Below are positions 1 through 15,158 of a stretch of DNA of 64,000 bases, piece after piece; positions within the stretch are counted from its first letter, which is position 1, and each line of letters begins with the position of its first letter. The notes beneath the pieces are model-generated. The model saw nothing but the letters and a program-made list of their open reading frames with translations, ran no database searches and was not told the DNA's origin. The DNA is from Eledone cirrhosa (lineage: Eukaryota), in assembly GCA_964016885.1 (NCBI GenBank), contig OZ024762.1:15872001-15936000 (forward strand), in the 5' to 3' direction. Position numbers and translations under genes: made by a program.

Positions 1-152
1 CGTGGAATGCTGTCAAAGGCTTTTTTATAATCGATCCATGCAGAACTGAGATTTCTGTGTTTATTATGACAGTTCTCAAGGACCATACAATTAATCAAAA
101 GTTGATCTTTGCAACCATATAAACCTCGTCTGCACCCTTTTTGTTCAATGGG
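1..152 (-). mobile_element. Dong/R4-clade non-LTR retrotransposon, RT-domain fragment (continues off window)
   Basis: Minus translation PIEQKGCRRGLYGCKDQLLINCMVLENCHNKHRNLSSAWIDYKKAFDSIP (EQKG and WIDYKKAFDS RT motifs); abuts a (TAA)n tract. Confidence 0.85.
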
Positions 153-199
<47 letters not shown>

Positions 200-204
200 G
201 TTAT

Positions 205-965
205 TACTCTTTGAGTCTCAGTCATTGATGTTAGTTAACTGGAAAGTTTGTTGAGATGAATATCAAGCCACTACCTGCAGCCTCAGATATTCAGGACGTA
301 TCGGAGGGTTCTTGCTGTTCCCAGCAAGCATGCCTTTTGAAGCGTTCCAAAAAGCGTGAAGGGGCCAATTTTCTTTAACTATCCCTGGAAACTTTTTGAG
401 ATAGTCCCTAGTGCGCCTATGACAATCGGGATCACTTTGACTTCATGGCAGTTCCAAATCCTTTTTACCTCCCACTTTAAGTCCTGGTATCGGTTAATTT
501 TCTCCCTCTCCTTTTCTTGCACTCTCGTGTCGAATGAGCAAGCCACATCCACAATCAGGCACGATCTTTTTTCTTTGTCCAAAACCACCAGGTCAGGTCT
601 ATTGTGTTCCAGTTTCTTGTCCGTCTGTATCCTAAAATCCCACAGCACCTTCACCTGATCGTTTTCTATCACCGCCTCTGGCTTATGCTCATACCACTTC
701 TCAGAATGTGGTAAATTGTTTACTTTGCATAGGTGCCAGTGGATCACCCTGCCCATCACATCATGTCTCCAGCCCTTATAGTGGGTCTGGGCTAGGTGTT
801 TACACTCGGATACAATGTGAGCCACAGTCTCCTCTCTCTCTCCACAGATCCTGCACAGTGGGCTAGCCTCCTCCTTGTAAATGTGGTGTTTCAACCACTT
901 CGTTTTGAGGGCCTGCTCCTGCGCAGCCATTAACATTCCTTCTGTAGCCTTTTTAAGGTCTCCTC
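205..965 (-). mobile_element. Dong/R4-clade non-LTR retrotransposon, 5'-truncated copy (CCHC finger plus restriction-like endonuclease)
   Basis: ORF 379-936: CRICGEREETVAHIVSEC, RHD, NRPDLVV..IVDV..EKINRY (RLE motifs); flanked on both sides by (TAA)n, the known Dong target. Confidence 0.9.
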
Positions 966-996
<31 letters not shown>

Positions 997-1040
997 GTTG
1001 TTATTTTCTTTATTTTTACTCCCTGAACTTTTATCTTCAG

Positions 1041-1127
1041 ATCAAATACAAAGGCAGGAAATTAGTATCCTGGAAATCTCTCTGGTGCCGGAAACAGCGA
1101 CAAAATGGCAGCGTCTGTGACAATCTG
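1041..1127 (+). CDS. MPND: MPN domain-containing protein, internal exon (end of RAMA domain)
   Basis: ttcag acceptor, gtaaga donor, phase 0/0; IKYKGRKLVSWKSLWCRKQ resembles the VKYKGQKLDKYKATWLR segment of MPND as I recall it. Confidence 0.8.
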
Positions 1128-1550
1128 GTAAGAGAGGGTTAATAATTGTTTCTACTTTAGGCACAAGGCCAGCAATTAAACCAGTGCATTACTGGTACTT
1201 TATTTTATCAACCCTGTAAGGATGAAAGGCAAAGTTACCCTCAGCGGATTAAGAAAGGGCTAATAATGCTGCTTCCTTCCTTCACAATCTCTCTCTTCAG
1301 GTCTTTAAAATGGCTTTATCTGATATTGCTGGGTTGGTTGCACTATATACAGGGTGTGTGTGTGTCCCCCCAAAAAAAAATATATATATACACACTTTGA
1401 TTACCTGTACAGGTAATATTTATTAGAATGGTGTAAAGTGAAAGTACGTTATAATGAAATTAATGAGGTATAAAAGAAAATTTGTTGTAACGAAAACTTC
1501 TTTATAATGAGATCGATAGAACCAAATCGAGCGTTTGTTTGTTATTACTC

Positions 1551-1765
1551 TGGGTGGTGGCTTGGCAGTATCGGTAGAGGGTCGGACGCCATACTTTGCA
1601 GCAAAGAGTTACGGCACTTTATGGTCTGAGTTCAAATCCCGCCAAAGTTAACTTTGCCTTTCATCCTTACGGGGTCGATAAAATAAAGTACCAGTAACGT
1701 ACTGGGTCAACTTAATCGACTTTCCCCTCCCTCCAAATTACTGGCCTTGTGCCTATACTAGAAAC
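1551..1765 (+). mobile_element. tRNA-derived SINE family A (Nin/Deu-like central motif)
   Basis: A/B-box-like head (tggcagtatcggtag...gagttcaaatccc) then ctttgcctttcatccttacggggtcgataaaataaagtaccag; related copies near 1143-1245(-), 16255-16445(-), 29650-29800(+), 37095-37300(-), 38560-38660(-), 41910-42030(-), 44315-44610(-), 51130-51350(-), 57715-57890(+). Confidence 0.75.
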
Positions 1766-2387
1766 CATCATCATCATCATCATCAGTGTTTTTATATTGG
1801 TTGGTTGTCTTTTATATATACACATATATAAAACACAACCATATCTTTGGCGCTACGCAGTAATACAGAAGACCCACCTTGCCTATGTACAAAGCGAAAC
1901 CTACAGCCAGTAGGCACCTCTTAACAAAATATACACCCCAATCCACTACCCCTACCCTATCCTCCCACTCCCACCGACACCACCCCCTCTCTATAAAGTT
2001 GGTACCACAACATCCAGTCCAAATAAATGAGATAAATGAGATCGAGATCGTGTAGGTGTCACAACAAAAAAACACACAGTCCTCGCTGTAATGTGGTCGT
2101 GTAGGTAACACGGTAAAAAGTTCCCAGTTCCACACTGTAAACGTGGTTGGTGTTAGGAAGGGCATCCAACCGTAGAAAACCTGCCAGATAGTCCTATATG
2201 AGCGAGACATGGTCACCCGACCAACTTTGCCTCAAATAGGACAACTCACGTCTAACCCATGCTAGCGTGGAAAGTGGACGTTAAACGAGGATGATGATGA
2301 TGATGATGATGATGACATCCTTTGAATTTACATGAAAGGAGGTGATATACATACATATATATATATTTATATGTATATATATATATA

Positions 2388-3274
2388 CAGGGTGCAGACG
2401 ATATTTGTTCGCAAGATTACTGTCTATGAAAAAATAACAGTAGTTTTTTTTTTAAGATATATTTATCAAACTTGGGTCAGTTTGTCTTCATGACTTGTTC
2501 TTTCGATCTCACTCGATAAACCTGCTATTGGCTTTGATGACGGCCTCAAGGCGGCCTCGGAACCAGCTACAGGCCTTCGTCACTGTCCCCCGGCTTAGGC
2601 CCCTAAAGGCACTTGTGATCCTGGTCTTCAGATCGTTTTTCGTATTGCAGCTAGATCTGTTGGTGTCTCGTTCCACTGCGCCCCACACAAAGAAGTCAAG
2701 GGGGTTGCAGTCAGGTGAGCTGGGAAGCCAGATGTCAGGTGAAGTGTGGTCGACGAAGTTCTCTGACAGCCAGGCTTGGGTCTTTCGGCTGGTATGGCTG
2801 GGCGCTGAGTCTTACTGCCACATGTACGGCCTACCTGCAGCTACCTGGTTGATCCAGGACTTTACTACATTGCTCAGAATGCGGATGTAGCCATCAGTGT
2901 TCAGCTTGAAGCCCTCATGGAAGAAGTGAGGTGGCATGACTTCACCTTGACTGCTGACGACACCTAAGACCAATGTTGTCGCTGGAAACTTTGTCTGCAT
3001 GACTCTGGGCACGTCTTTGGATGAGACAGCGAGCCACCTGTTGTTCTGGGAGTTGATCTTCTGGTCTTATTTGTCCTCCCGGCGCGGATTCCAAGAAGAA
3101 CGCCGTGTCTCTTCCACAAATTTGGAGGTTTAAAATTATTCATAATCAATTATTCTGAAAATAAATAATGGAAATATAGTCACTGTTTTTATGAAGACAA
3201 GAGTGACTACGGAAGTAAAAAAAAATTTGCATAAAATTACCAGTTGAAAATTGCGAACAAATATCGTCCACACC

Positions 3275-3277
<3 letters not shown>
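2388..3277 (-). mobile_element. Tc1/mariner superfamily DD37D (maT) transposon, internally deleted, pseudogenised transposase
   Basis: 27-bp TIRs CAGGGTG(CA/TG)GACGATATTTGTTCGCAA inside TA tracts; transposase remnant ..WQ*DSAPSHTS..WLPSSPDCNPLDFFVW with 37 residues between the last two catalytic Asp. Confidence 0.9.
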
Positions 3278-3323
<46 letters not shown>

Positions 3324-3589
3324 ATCATCTCATCATCTTCGTTTAACGTCCATTTTCCACACTAGCATGGGTTAGATGGGAGTTGTCCCACTTGAAGCAA
3401 GGCTGGTCGGGTGACCATGTCTCGCTCATATAGGACTATCTGGCAGGTTTTCTATGGCTGGATGCCCTTCCTAACACCAATCACATTTACAGTGTGGAAC
3501 TGGGAACATTTTACCGTGTTACCTACACGCCCACATTACAGCGTGGACTGTGTGTGTTTTTTGTCATGACACCTACACGATCTCGATCT

Positions 3590-4069
3590 CGGTCCAGACA
3601 CATTGTCTTAGAGAGATGTAAGTGTGTTAGGTCGGAATTTATCAGATCATCCCAGGTTTTTCTGGGTCTGCCTACTCCGTAACTACCATCAAATTTGATC
3701 GCCCTGCACTTTTTTATGCAGCTGTCGTCTTTCATGCACAATCACGTGACCATACCAACATAGTCTTCTCTCGAGTAAATAGCATCTGATCCCTCTTATT
3801 CCTAATTTCTCACTTAGTTCATTTATGCTTTGCCGTTCACATATATTACTATTACACATCCAACGGAGCATGCATGCTTCGTTCCTTTCCAGTGTACGCA
3901 GGTCCTCTGCACGTAATGCCCATGTCTCACTGCCATGTAGCATTGCTGTTTGTATACAGGCATCATACAGCCTGCCTTTCATTTTTAGAGAGAAACCTTT
4001 TGTGGCTAACAGCGGTATAAGCTCTCTGAACTTTTTCCAAACCGTTCTGACTCTGGCTACTATGGGTGG

Positions 4070-4070
<1 letters not shown>
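3590..4070 (-). mobile_element. RTE-clade LINE 3' fragment
   Basis: RVRTVWKKFRELIPLL..KGRLYDACIQTAMLHGSETW..MLRWMC..RRLCWYGHV..GVGRPRKTW. Confidence 0.85.
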
Positions 4071-4105
<35 letters not shown>

Positions 4106-4384
4106 TCTCAGACCGGGTGATGTGTTGTTTCCTTGAGCAAGACACTTTATTTCACATTGCTCCAGTTTACTCAGCTGTAGAAATGAGATGATAGGGACTG
4201 GGGTCCCTATCATTCCACTGCAAAGTGGTCGTGGAGGTGCCACGGCAAAAAAAGCACCCAGCACTCACTGTAAATGAGGTTGGTGTTAGAAAGAGCATCC
4301 AGCTGTAGAAATCAAGCCAGAATCAGTTCCCGTCCCACCTTTGCAAGCAGGGAAAAAGCGGACGTAAAATGAAATGAAATGAAG

Positions 4385-4422
<38 letters not shown>

Positions 4423-4724
4423 GTATATATATTATATATATGTATATATATAAATATATATCATGATAAATTAACAGAGGCATAGGCCCTCGCTATTCCC
4501 TGTAAATAATGTACTCAAAGGAGAAGAAATCCTGAGCTCTTTAAAATACAATATGTTGAAAAGGTAACACACTAGAGAGATACAGTGCGTTATCAATAAA
4601 ACAGGGGACCACCAGTGTATGGAATCTATAACCTATGAAAGGCAGACTATAGACACGATAATTAAAAATATAAATTAAAGCGTAAATAATTATATATATC
4701 TATCTATCTAAGGCGGGTAAAATT

Positions 4725-4879
4725 CCCGAGATCCATGGACGAGTTCTCTCCAGCGGTCTCTGTCCCTCATTATCACTGCCATATCCTGCATCTCCAACAG
4801 ACCAGTGTCTGTCCTTAGGGCATCAACATATGTTAACCTTGGTCTTCCTCTTCTAGTGCGTCCATGTAGGGGCTCCCAA

Positions 4880-4880
<1 letters not shown>
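4725..4880 (-). mobile_element. LINE 3' fragment (RTE-like)
   Basis: Minus translation EPLHGRTRRGRPRLTYVDALRTDTG...DRDRWRELVHG. Confidence 0.6.
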
Positions 4881-6921
<2,041 letters not shown>

Positions 6922-7219
6922 GAAGGGCTTAAAATCTATAAATTATAGATGCATTGATATCTCTGCCTGTATCTTCCTCTCTCACTCTATATATTGGTTG
7001 TAAAAATACAATACCTTAACATCAGTATGAGTGGCCAGTTACAGCTGGTTTGAACAGAAAGAGTTGAGAGAAATCTGGCCGGATATGACCGGTTTAAATG
7101 CTAAAGAGTTAACCATACAGCCATGTCTATCTTGTAGAAACTTCTTTCATTCTTCAAATCTCTGTTACAGGTTCCTCTCTTGGACAATACTTCTAATATT
7201 ATGAAAGCCAAATATAATT

Positions 7220-8270
7220 TAACCCTTTACCTTTTACATAACTCTATATCTACTATTGTATTTTCATGGTAAAGGCTTTAACCTCACATAATATTGAATC
7301 TATGAGATTTTAATATTATTTATTTTGAGAACAATACCTTAACATCAGTATGAGTTGTGAGAGAATTTTGGCTGGATACGGTCAGTTTAAATATTAAAGG
7401 GTTAACCACACAGCCATGTCTCTCTTATAGAAACTCCATCTTTCATTCTTCAAATCTCTGTTACAGGTTCCTCTCTTGAACAATACTTCTAATATTATGA
7501 AAGCCAAATGTAATTTAACCCTTTAACTCTTACATTACTATTGTATTTTCGTGGTAAAGGCTTTACCTCACATAACATTTACATTACTCTATATATACTA
7601 TTGTATTTTCACAGTAAAGGCTTTACCTCACATAATACCTCACATAACATTTACATTACTCTATATATACTATTGTATTTTCACAGTAAAGGCTTTACTT
7701 CACATAATATCTCACATAGCATTTACATTACTCTATATATACTATTGTATTTTCACAGTAAAGTCTTTACCTCACATAATATCTCGCATAACATTTACAT
7801 TACTCTATATATACTATTGTATTTTCATGGTAAAGGCTTTACCTCACATAACATTTACATAACTCTATATATACTTTTGTATTTTCGTGGTAAAGGCTTT
7901 ACCTCACATAATATCTCACATAACATTTACATTACTCTATATATACTATTGTATTTTCACAGTAAAGGCTTTACCTCACATATCTCACATAACATTTACA
8001 TTACTCTATATATACTATTGTATTTTCACAGTAAAGGCTTTACCTCACATATCTCACATAACATTTACATTACTCTATATATACTATTGTATTTTCGTGG
8101 TAAAGGCTTTACCTCACATAATATGTCACATAACATTTACATTACTATATATACTATTGTATTTTCATGGTAAAGGCTTTACCTCACATAACATCGAATC
8201 TATGAGATTTTGATATTATTTATTTTGAGAACAATACCTTAACATCAGTATGAGTGGTGGGAGAATTCTC
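7220..8270 (+). mobile_element. piggyBac-like MITE copies with internal 72-bp tandem array
   Basis: Family termini TTAA-CCCTTTAGCATTTA...TAAATGCTAAAGGG-TTAA (TTAA target, CCC/GGG ends); unit tcacataacatttacattactctatatatactattgtattttcacagtaaaggctttacctcacataatatc. Confidence 0.75.
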
Positions 8271-8296
8271 TTTCATTCTTCAAATCTCTGTTGCAG

Positions 8297-8460
8297 GTTC
8301 CTCTCTTGGACGATACCGCTAATATTATGAAAGCCAAACGGAACTCCAAAGACATGTTCCATAAAGTGCCTGAATTTGACCTTGAATCTAGGGGTTCATT
8401 AAAACCCCCTTTACCTGCCCACATGTGTCATAAACCTTTAACCAATGGCAAAACTAAAAA
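8297..8460 (+). CDS. MPND: MPND exon (linker)
   Basis: ttgcag/gtaagt, phase 0/2, open frame VPLLDDTANIMKAKRNSKDMF...NGKTK; phases join neighbouring exons. Confidence 0.7.
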
Positions 8461-8769
8461 GTAAGTAAATTGAAATATTTTTAGGGATCATTTGTTTTGG
8501 TGTGTGTGGTGGTGGGGGTGTCTTGTTTTGTTGTTGTTTGCTTTTGTGGTTTTTGTGTGTATTTTGGAAGGGTACAACAATGTGTAGGGGACATTGAATA
8601 TTGAAATATAACTGTAACAAAGTTGTTGAAATGTTAACAGAATTACACACACTTACATATACACACACATACATGTATGTACACATATACACACACATGA
8701 ACATACAGACATATACATACACTCATGTATACAGACATATACATACACATATACACATATACACACATG

Positions 8770-9180
8770 GTGGCTGCCAACTCGTTTTCGAGTACGGCCA
8801 CTACTTTATATCCATGTAGGAGAACCCCTACCGATGCGCTGAACGAGTGTGACTTTTTAGTCCAGCCAGCGACTTGAAAACTCTGGTACAAACACTACAC
8901 TTGTGACAATTATTGACACATAGTGCTGGGCCCATGGTACCATGTGATGACAAGTGCAGAGAGATCTCCAGATATAAAGCAATGCCTGTGCTGTGAAGCT
9001 TTTATAGTGAGCAAAGGCACTGCACAAAGCCAGTCCCACTCTCTTAACCAAGATGATATTTACCAAAAAGAAGAACAAGTCAACATCATTGGATACCATC
9101 AGAGTTGCAGGTGTTATATCAGAGTTTTCCTTCTCCTAGAATTCTGCCTTGACAAAGGCTAAGGGGTCATCTCTCCCGGT
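8770..9180 (-). mobile_element. Degenerate LINE 3' fragment (RTE-like terminal zinc finger)
   Basis: Minus translation ends RVFKSLAGLKSHTRSAHR*. Confidence 0.45.
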
Positions 9181-9184
9181 GAGA

Positions 9185-10104
9185 TGACAGACATATACAC
9201 ACATATGTACATACATACGTACATACACATACATACATATGTACATACAGACACACATATGTACATACACATACACACATATGTACGTACACATATCAAC
9301 ACACATGTACATACATATACACACATGATTACAGACATATACATACAGATATACACATACACATATTCACACATATGTACATACACATATACACATACAT
9401 ACATACACATACACACATATGTACATACACATACACACATATGTACACACACACATTATACACATGCATGCACACACACACACATATATACACACACATA
9501 TACACATACACATATACACATACATACATATGTACATACACAGACACACATATGTACGTACACATATCTACACACATGTACATACATATACACACATGAT
9601 TACAGACATATACATACAGATATACACATACACATACACATATGTACATACACATATACACATACATACATACATATGTACATACACATACACACATATG
9701 TACATACACATACATGTATACACACACATTATACACATGCATGCTCACACACACACATATATACACACACATACACACATACACATATACACATACATAC
9801 ATACATATGTACATACACAGACACACATGTACATACACATACACACATATGTACGTACACATATCTACACACATGTACATACATATACACACATGATTAC
9901 AGACATATACATATAGATATACACATACACATATACACATATGTACATACACATATACACATACATACATATTTACATACGCATACACATACACACATAT
10001 GTACATACGCATACACATACACACATATGTACATACACATACACATATGTACACACACACATTATACACATGCATGCACACACACACACATATATACACA
10101 CACA
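9185..10104. repeat. (CATA/CA)n-derived higher-order repeat
   Basis: Recurring long unit containing gattacagacatatac and cattatacacatgcatg. Confidence 0.9.
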
Positions 10105-10441
10105 TGGAGGCACATGGCTTAGTGGTTAGAGCATTGGCCTTGCAATCGAAAGGTTGTGAGTTCAATTCTCAGACCGGGTGATGTGTTGTTTCCTTGAGCA
10201 AGACACTTTATTTCACATTGCTCCAGTTTCCTCAGCTGTAGAAATGAGATGATAGGGACTGGGGTCCCTATCATTCCACTGCAAAGTGGTCGTGGAGGTG
10301 CCACGGCAAAAAAGCACCCAGCACTCACTGTAAATGAGGTTGGTGTTAGGAAGGGCATCCAGCTGTAGAAATCAAGCCAGAATCAGTTCCATCACACCCT
10401 TGCAAGCAGGGAAAAGCGGACGTTAAATGAAATGATGATGA

Positions 10442-10445
<4 letters not shown>
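10105..10445 (+). mobile_element. tRNA-derived SINE family B with RTE-like (ATG)n tail
   Basis: ggaggcacatggcttagtggttagagc (A box)...gagttcaattctc (B box)...ccttgagcaagacactttatttcac...gtgttaggaagggcatccagctgtagaaa; near-identical copies near 4105-4380, 18879-19225, 23299-23645, 49705-50050, 46090-46550, 40960-41125(-). Confidence 0.85.
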
Positions 10446-10505
<60 letters not shown>

Positions 10506-10536
10506 AGATCAAAAGATGGTTAAAGGAGTTCCATGT

Positions 10537-10605
10537 ATTTTATTATGCGCATTTCAAAAACAAACATCATCATGCAATAATATTTGTGTTTTCATCAGAT
10601 AAAAC
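10537..10605 (-). ncRNA. Type I hammerhead ribozyme motif (mirror copy in PLE pseudo-LTR)
   Basis: gttttat CTGATGA [helix II] GAAA tgcgca TA ataaaat on the minus strand. Confidence 0.7.
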
Positions 10606-12998
10606 AGGAGAACATGATATGAAGGCTAAAAAACACTTGTGGATAGTGCAGTTTTAAATCAACATATGAAAAGTGGTTTTAGATTGATGTGTGATATTGG
10701 GAAAAATATTTTATTTAGAGAGGGGGGGGGTGGAAAGGATGAAAAGGGAAGGAGATGAGAGGGAGAGATGGGTGATAGAGAGAAAGAGATAGTTTTTATA
10801 ACTGAGAGGAGATATATTGTTTTACATAGAGAGGTTGAAAACCGTTGGAAGATAATGTATAAATTAAAAATTTTGAAAATTAACGAAGGGAGGATATGTG
10901 CGAGGAAAAAATATTTTATTTAGGGAGAGGGGGGATGAAAAAAAGGGGGAGGAGATGAGAGTGAAGGTGGAGAGGGAGAGATGGGTGATAGAGAGAAAGA
11001 GATAGTTTTTATAACTGAGAAAAAGATATATTGTTTTAACATAGAGAGGTTGGGAACCGTTGGAAGATAATGTATAAATTAAAGGAATTTGAAAATTAAC
11101 GAAGGGAATTTATGTATGAAGATAGAGAGAAAAAAATAATAATTGTGGATGAATATTCTAACGTCAAAAAAAGAAATGTATGTATTGTGGCAATTTCAAA
11201 ATTAACGAAGAGAAAAATTATTAAGGTTTGTGTGTAGAAGGATTTGAGAAAAATAATGTGAAGTTAAAGTTTGTATATATATGCGAATAAAGAGTTAATA
11301 TGTATTAATAATGAGTTCGTTGATGGGGAGAAAAAAATAATAAATTAAGGATGAAATTGAGATTAAAAAGATTTATGATAGAGAGAAAAAATAATGATGA
11401 TTGCGGATGAATATTCTAACGTCAAAACAACAAATGTATATGTTATGATTTTACAAGGTAAAGATAGAATGAGGGTAATGAGTAAACAAGTATTATAGAG
11501 TGTATAATGCCCTTTAAAGTAAGGTAGATGGGTATATTTTAAAGAGGTGTATGTATATGTGCCTTTGAGAAAAGATTCTAAATTGATAAAGAATTGAATA
11601 TTAACTGTATACTTTGTGAAAAGTTCTATGGAATTTATGCAGGCAGATAGAAAACAAATCTGTGCGTCTATTTATTATAGAATCTAGGTTAGAGATAATG
11701 GTAAATTTTTCATTTAGGCAGAGATTACAGATTTTAGATAGAGAGCTGTTCAAGTATGAGGATGCAGAAGAAATCTTCTTCCAAAAGATGGTATATTTAA
11801 TGTTTTTGTCTTTTAAGGACCATATGAGTTCTGAGAGAGCAGTGTTGGTTCTTTTAAGTTTGTATTTGAAAGATGAATGATGATTATAGAGACGAGCTTT
11901 AAAAGAGGTGGAAGTGGAGCCAAAATAGGTGAAGGAATTGGTGCTAGTTATAATTTTACATTCATTAATTAAGTTTTTATCGAGACAATGGTTGTTGAGA
12001 GGACATTTATTTTTAATGCGGCAGTTGCAATTAGAGAGATTATTAATGAGTGATCTAGTGTTATCTATAGAAGGAATTGGATTGGAGAAGTTGTTTGTGA
12101 TAGGAATAATAGGAATAATAGTTTCTTGATTTAGAGTTGGATTATGAACATTTAGCGAAGTTGTGTTTGACGTTGTATTTGGGTTTACAGAAGTTAGCCT
12201 AGGGTTTACAATGACGTCGGGAGTACTATTACTGTTATTATGAAATTCAATATTGGAAGGAAGAGATTTAGTATTTAGTATTTTATTGTTGTGTTTAGAG
12301 ATGATGTTGGAAATATTGGAGGATGTAGAATACGAAAATTTGATGGTGTGTTTGTTAAATATTTTACTATAGATATGTGAGGGGGGGAAGCATTTATTTA
12401 AGGCACTAAAAAATAATTTAGGAATATTGTTATTAATAAGAATATTCATCCACAATTATTATTTTTTTCTCTCTATCTTCATACATAAATTCCCTTCGTT
12501 AATTTTCAAATTCCTTTAATTTATACATTATCTTCCAACGGTTCCCAACCTCTCTATGTTAAAACAATATATCTTTTTCTCAGTTATAAAAACTATCTCT
12601 TTCTCTCTATCACCCATCTCTCCCTCTCCACCTTCACTCTCATCTCCTCCCCCTTTTTTTCATCCTTTCCACCACCCCCTCCCTAAATAAAATATTTTTT
12701 CCTCACACATATCCTCCCTTCGTTAATTTTCAAAATTTTTAATTTATACATTATCTTCCAACGGTTTTCAACCTCTCTATGTAAAACAATATATCTCCTC
12801 TCAGTTATAAAAACTATCTCTTTCTCTCTATCACCCATCTCTCCCTCTCATCTCCTTCCCTTTTCATCCTTCCCCCCCCCCCTCTTTAAATAAAATATTT
12901 TTCCCAATATCACACATCAATCTAAAACCACTTTTCATATGTTGATTTAAAACTGCACTATCCACAAGTGTTTTTTAGCCTTCATATCATGTTCTCCT

Positions 12999-13067
12999 GT
13001 TTTATCTGATGAAAACACAAATATTATTGCATGATGATGTTTGTTTTTGAAATGCGCATAATAAAAT
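12999..13067 (+). ncRNA. Type I hammerhead ribozyme motif, sense to MPND intron
   Basis: gttttat CTGATGA(13006-12) aaacacaaat..atgtttgttttt GAAA(13049-52) TGCGCA TA ataaaat; helix I pairs, helix III palindromic. Confidence 0.7.
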
Positions 13068-13189
13068 ACATGGAACTCCTTTAACCATCTTTTGATCTTA
13101 TATTATGCATACTCCAGTCCTACAAACTGTAGAGTGCTTCTTATCCGATATCTGCATTGCTTTATTGTACTACAATAAAACTCACCTCC

Positions 13190-13223
<34 letters not shown>

Positions 13224-13644
13224 GTGAACCTAATACTGACACTTTGTACTGCACTCTTCGTTATTGTTTTTTTTTTGTTTTAACTTATATATATATGTAT
13301 ATATATATAATTGTTTCTACTTTTGGCACAAGGCCAGCAAATACCCAGTGTATTACTGGTACTTTATTTTATCGACCCTGTATTGTATATTTATAAATGT
13401 GTTACTACTCTGACATGTCTAGTAATGTGTATGTTATCTCTCTATCATTCCTCTATGAAGTCTTTTAGATGTGTGTGTCATCATCATCATCACCGTTTTA
13501 CACACATATGTACACACACACATTATACACATGCATGCACACACACACACATATATACACACACATATACGCATACACATACTCACATACATCCATATAC
13601 ATATATGTGTTCTGTCTGACTAATTCTCCTTCCTTACTTTGCAG

Positions 13645-13682
13645 ACATATAGAATGGAGCCATAGTGACTTTCAAGAGGAAG
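13645..13682 (+). CDS. MPND: MPND short exon (38 nt)
   Basis: ctttgcag/gtgagt, phase 2/1, HIEWSHSDFQEE; restores frame between flanking exons. Confidence 0.7.
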
Positions 13683-13701
13683 GTGAGTTTGAAGGTTACT
13701 T

Positions 13702-13745
<44 letters not shown>

Positions 13746-14066
13746 ACTCTCTCTCTCCCTCTCTGTGTCTCTCTCTCTCCTTCTCCTGGCCGACTGAACA
13801 CACGTGTGTTTTTTTCAGCCTAGGGCGAGCAATAACTGAAATAAGTTATTGGGATAAAAAAGAAGGGGTATCAGAATGGATGCAGTAAAACCCAGTTAGA
13901 CCATTACTCACCAGAGTACTCAATACTTGGGGTAGTAGAGTGGGTAATATGAAAAATTCAGAGCCCTAATGGCTGAGCTCCTGTCATTTCAACAACTAAA
14001 TCTAAACACATTCGGATCTAGCTGTTGAAACAGCAGGAGCTCAGCTGTTGGGATCTCAAATTTTTA

Positions 14067-14097
<31 letters not shown>

Positions 14098-14817
14098 GTA
14101 TTAAGGATACTATTTATGGTTATGTATATACTAAAACCTTTTATAGTTATATATATTTTAAACCCTAAACAGTGAAAGACAGTAATTTATTACTACCTTA
14201 TTACCAGTAAGATAAATAGCTCAATGTAATAACATCAGTTGTTCTACAAAGCAGTTATACAGAAATCACATGAATCAAAGTTCTGTTCAAACCATTTATT
14301 AGCTTATAATTGTTTCATCCAAACCGAGGTTTGGAGTCTTCAGAGCAATTTTTCAATGATTGTTTATATACATGACCTCCTTTCCAACACAAGACAAGAG
14401 ACATACAGAAACATATGTATATATCGATGCACAGTGGGGTGACATCCATTATAATATTTTTGCATGGCAATTTAAATTTAAAAATTAAAATCAAAATCAT
14501 ATTAAAACAAAATTAAAGTTAAAATACAACATCGGCAGTTTACGAAGATAATGCAAGAGGATAGATTGTTAGTCATTTGAACTAGTTAGTGCATGCAATA
14601 GTTACACGTGGGGCATGCACGTGTGTCTTATTTATATAAGATTATTGTGCGGCAAGGTGTTATATGCAATACAACCACTTTAAGCGGGTAATCAAGAGTA
14701 TTATGGGGGTTGTATTGGTAAAGTATTTTTTATGTATGATAAAGAAGCTTGTGTGCAGAGAAAATTAAAAATGAGAAGTAAAATAATGTTATGGTTTTTG
14801 TATACACCACCATTTTC

Positions 14818-15052
14818 ACATGTGGAACAGGACGTTAAGAGCTAATGTGGTTTCATGTGGAACAGGGCATTATGAGTTAATGTGGTTTCATGTGGTACAG
14901 GACATTATGAGGTAATGTGGTTTCATGTGGAACAGGACGTTAAGAGCTAATGTGGTTCCATGTGGTACAGGACGTTAAGAGCTAATGTGGTTTCATGTGG
15001 TACAGGACGTTATGAGCTAATGTGGTTTCATGTGGAACAGGACGTTATGAGT
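14818..15052. repeat. Minisatellite, 35-bp unit, about 6-7 copies
   Basis: catgtggaacaggacgttaagagctaatgtggttt repeated. Confidence 0.9.
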
Positions 15053-15158
15053 CAAATGACATGTATCATATCTTCTCTTTTTATTTATTGTTAAAGTTTT
15101 TAATTCTTTTTAATTTATTCATAAATAATTTAATTTAATTTATTTTAATTATTTTTAG

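Larger units (their letters stand above)
10501..13190 (-). mobile_element. Penelope-like element remnant: GIY-YIG C-terminal region between inverted pseudo-LTR copies
   Basis: ORF 11601-12455: KIFNKHTIKFSYS..CNCRIKNKCPL..YFGSTSTSFKARLYNHHSSF..TALSELIW..CNLCLNEK; 10501-11158 is the reverse complement of 12440-13102. Confidence 0.9.

Noticed and set aside
10105-10180. tRNA gene
   Set aside because: A/B boxes are the head of a multicopy SINE; no complete cloverleaf
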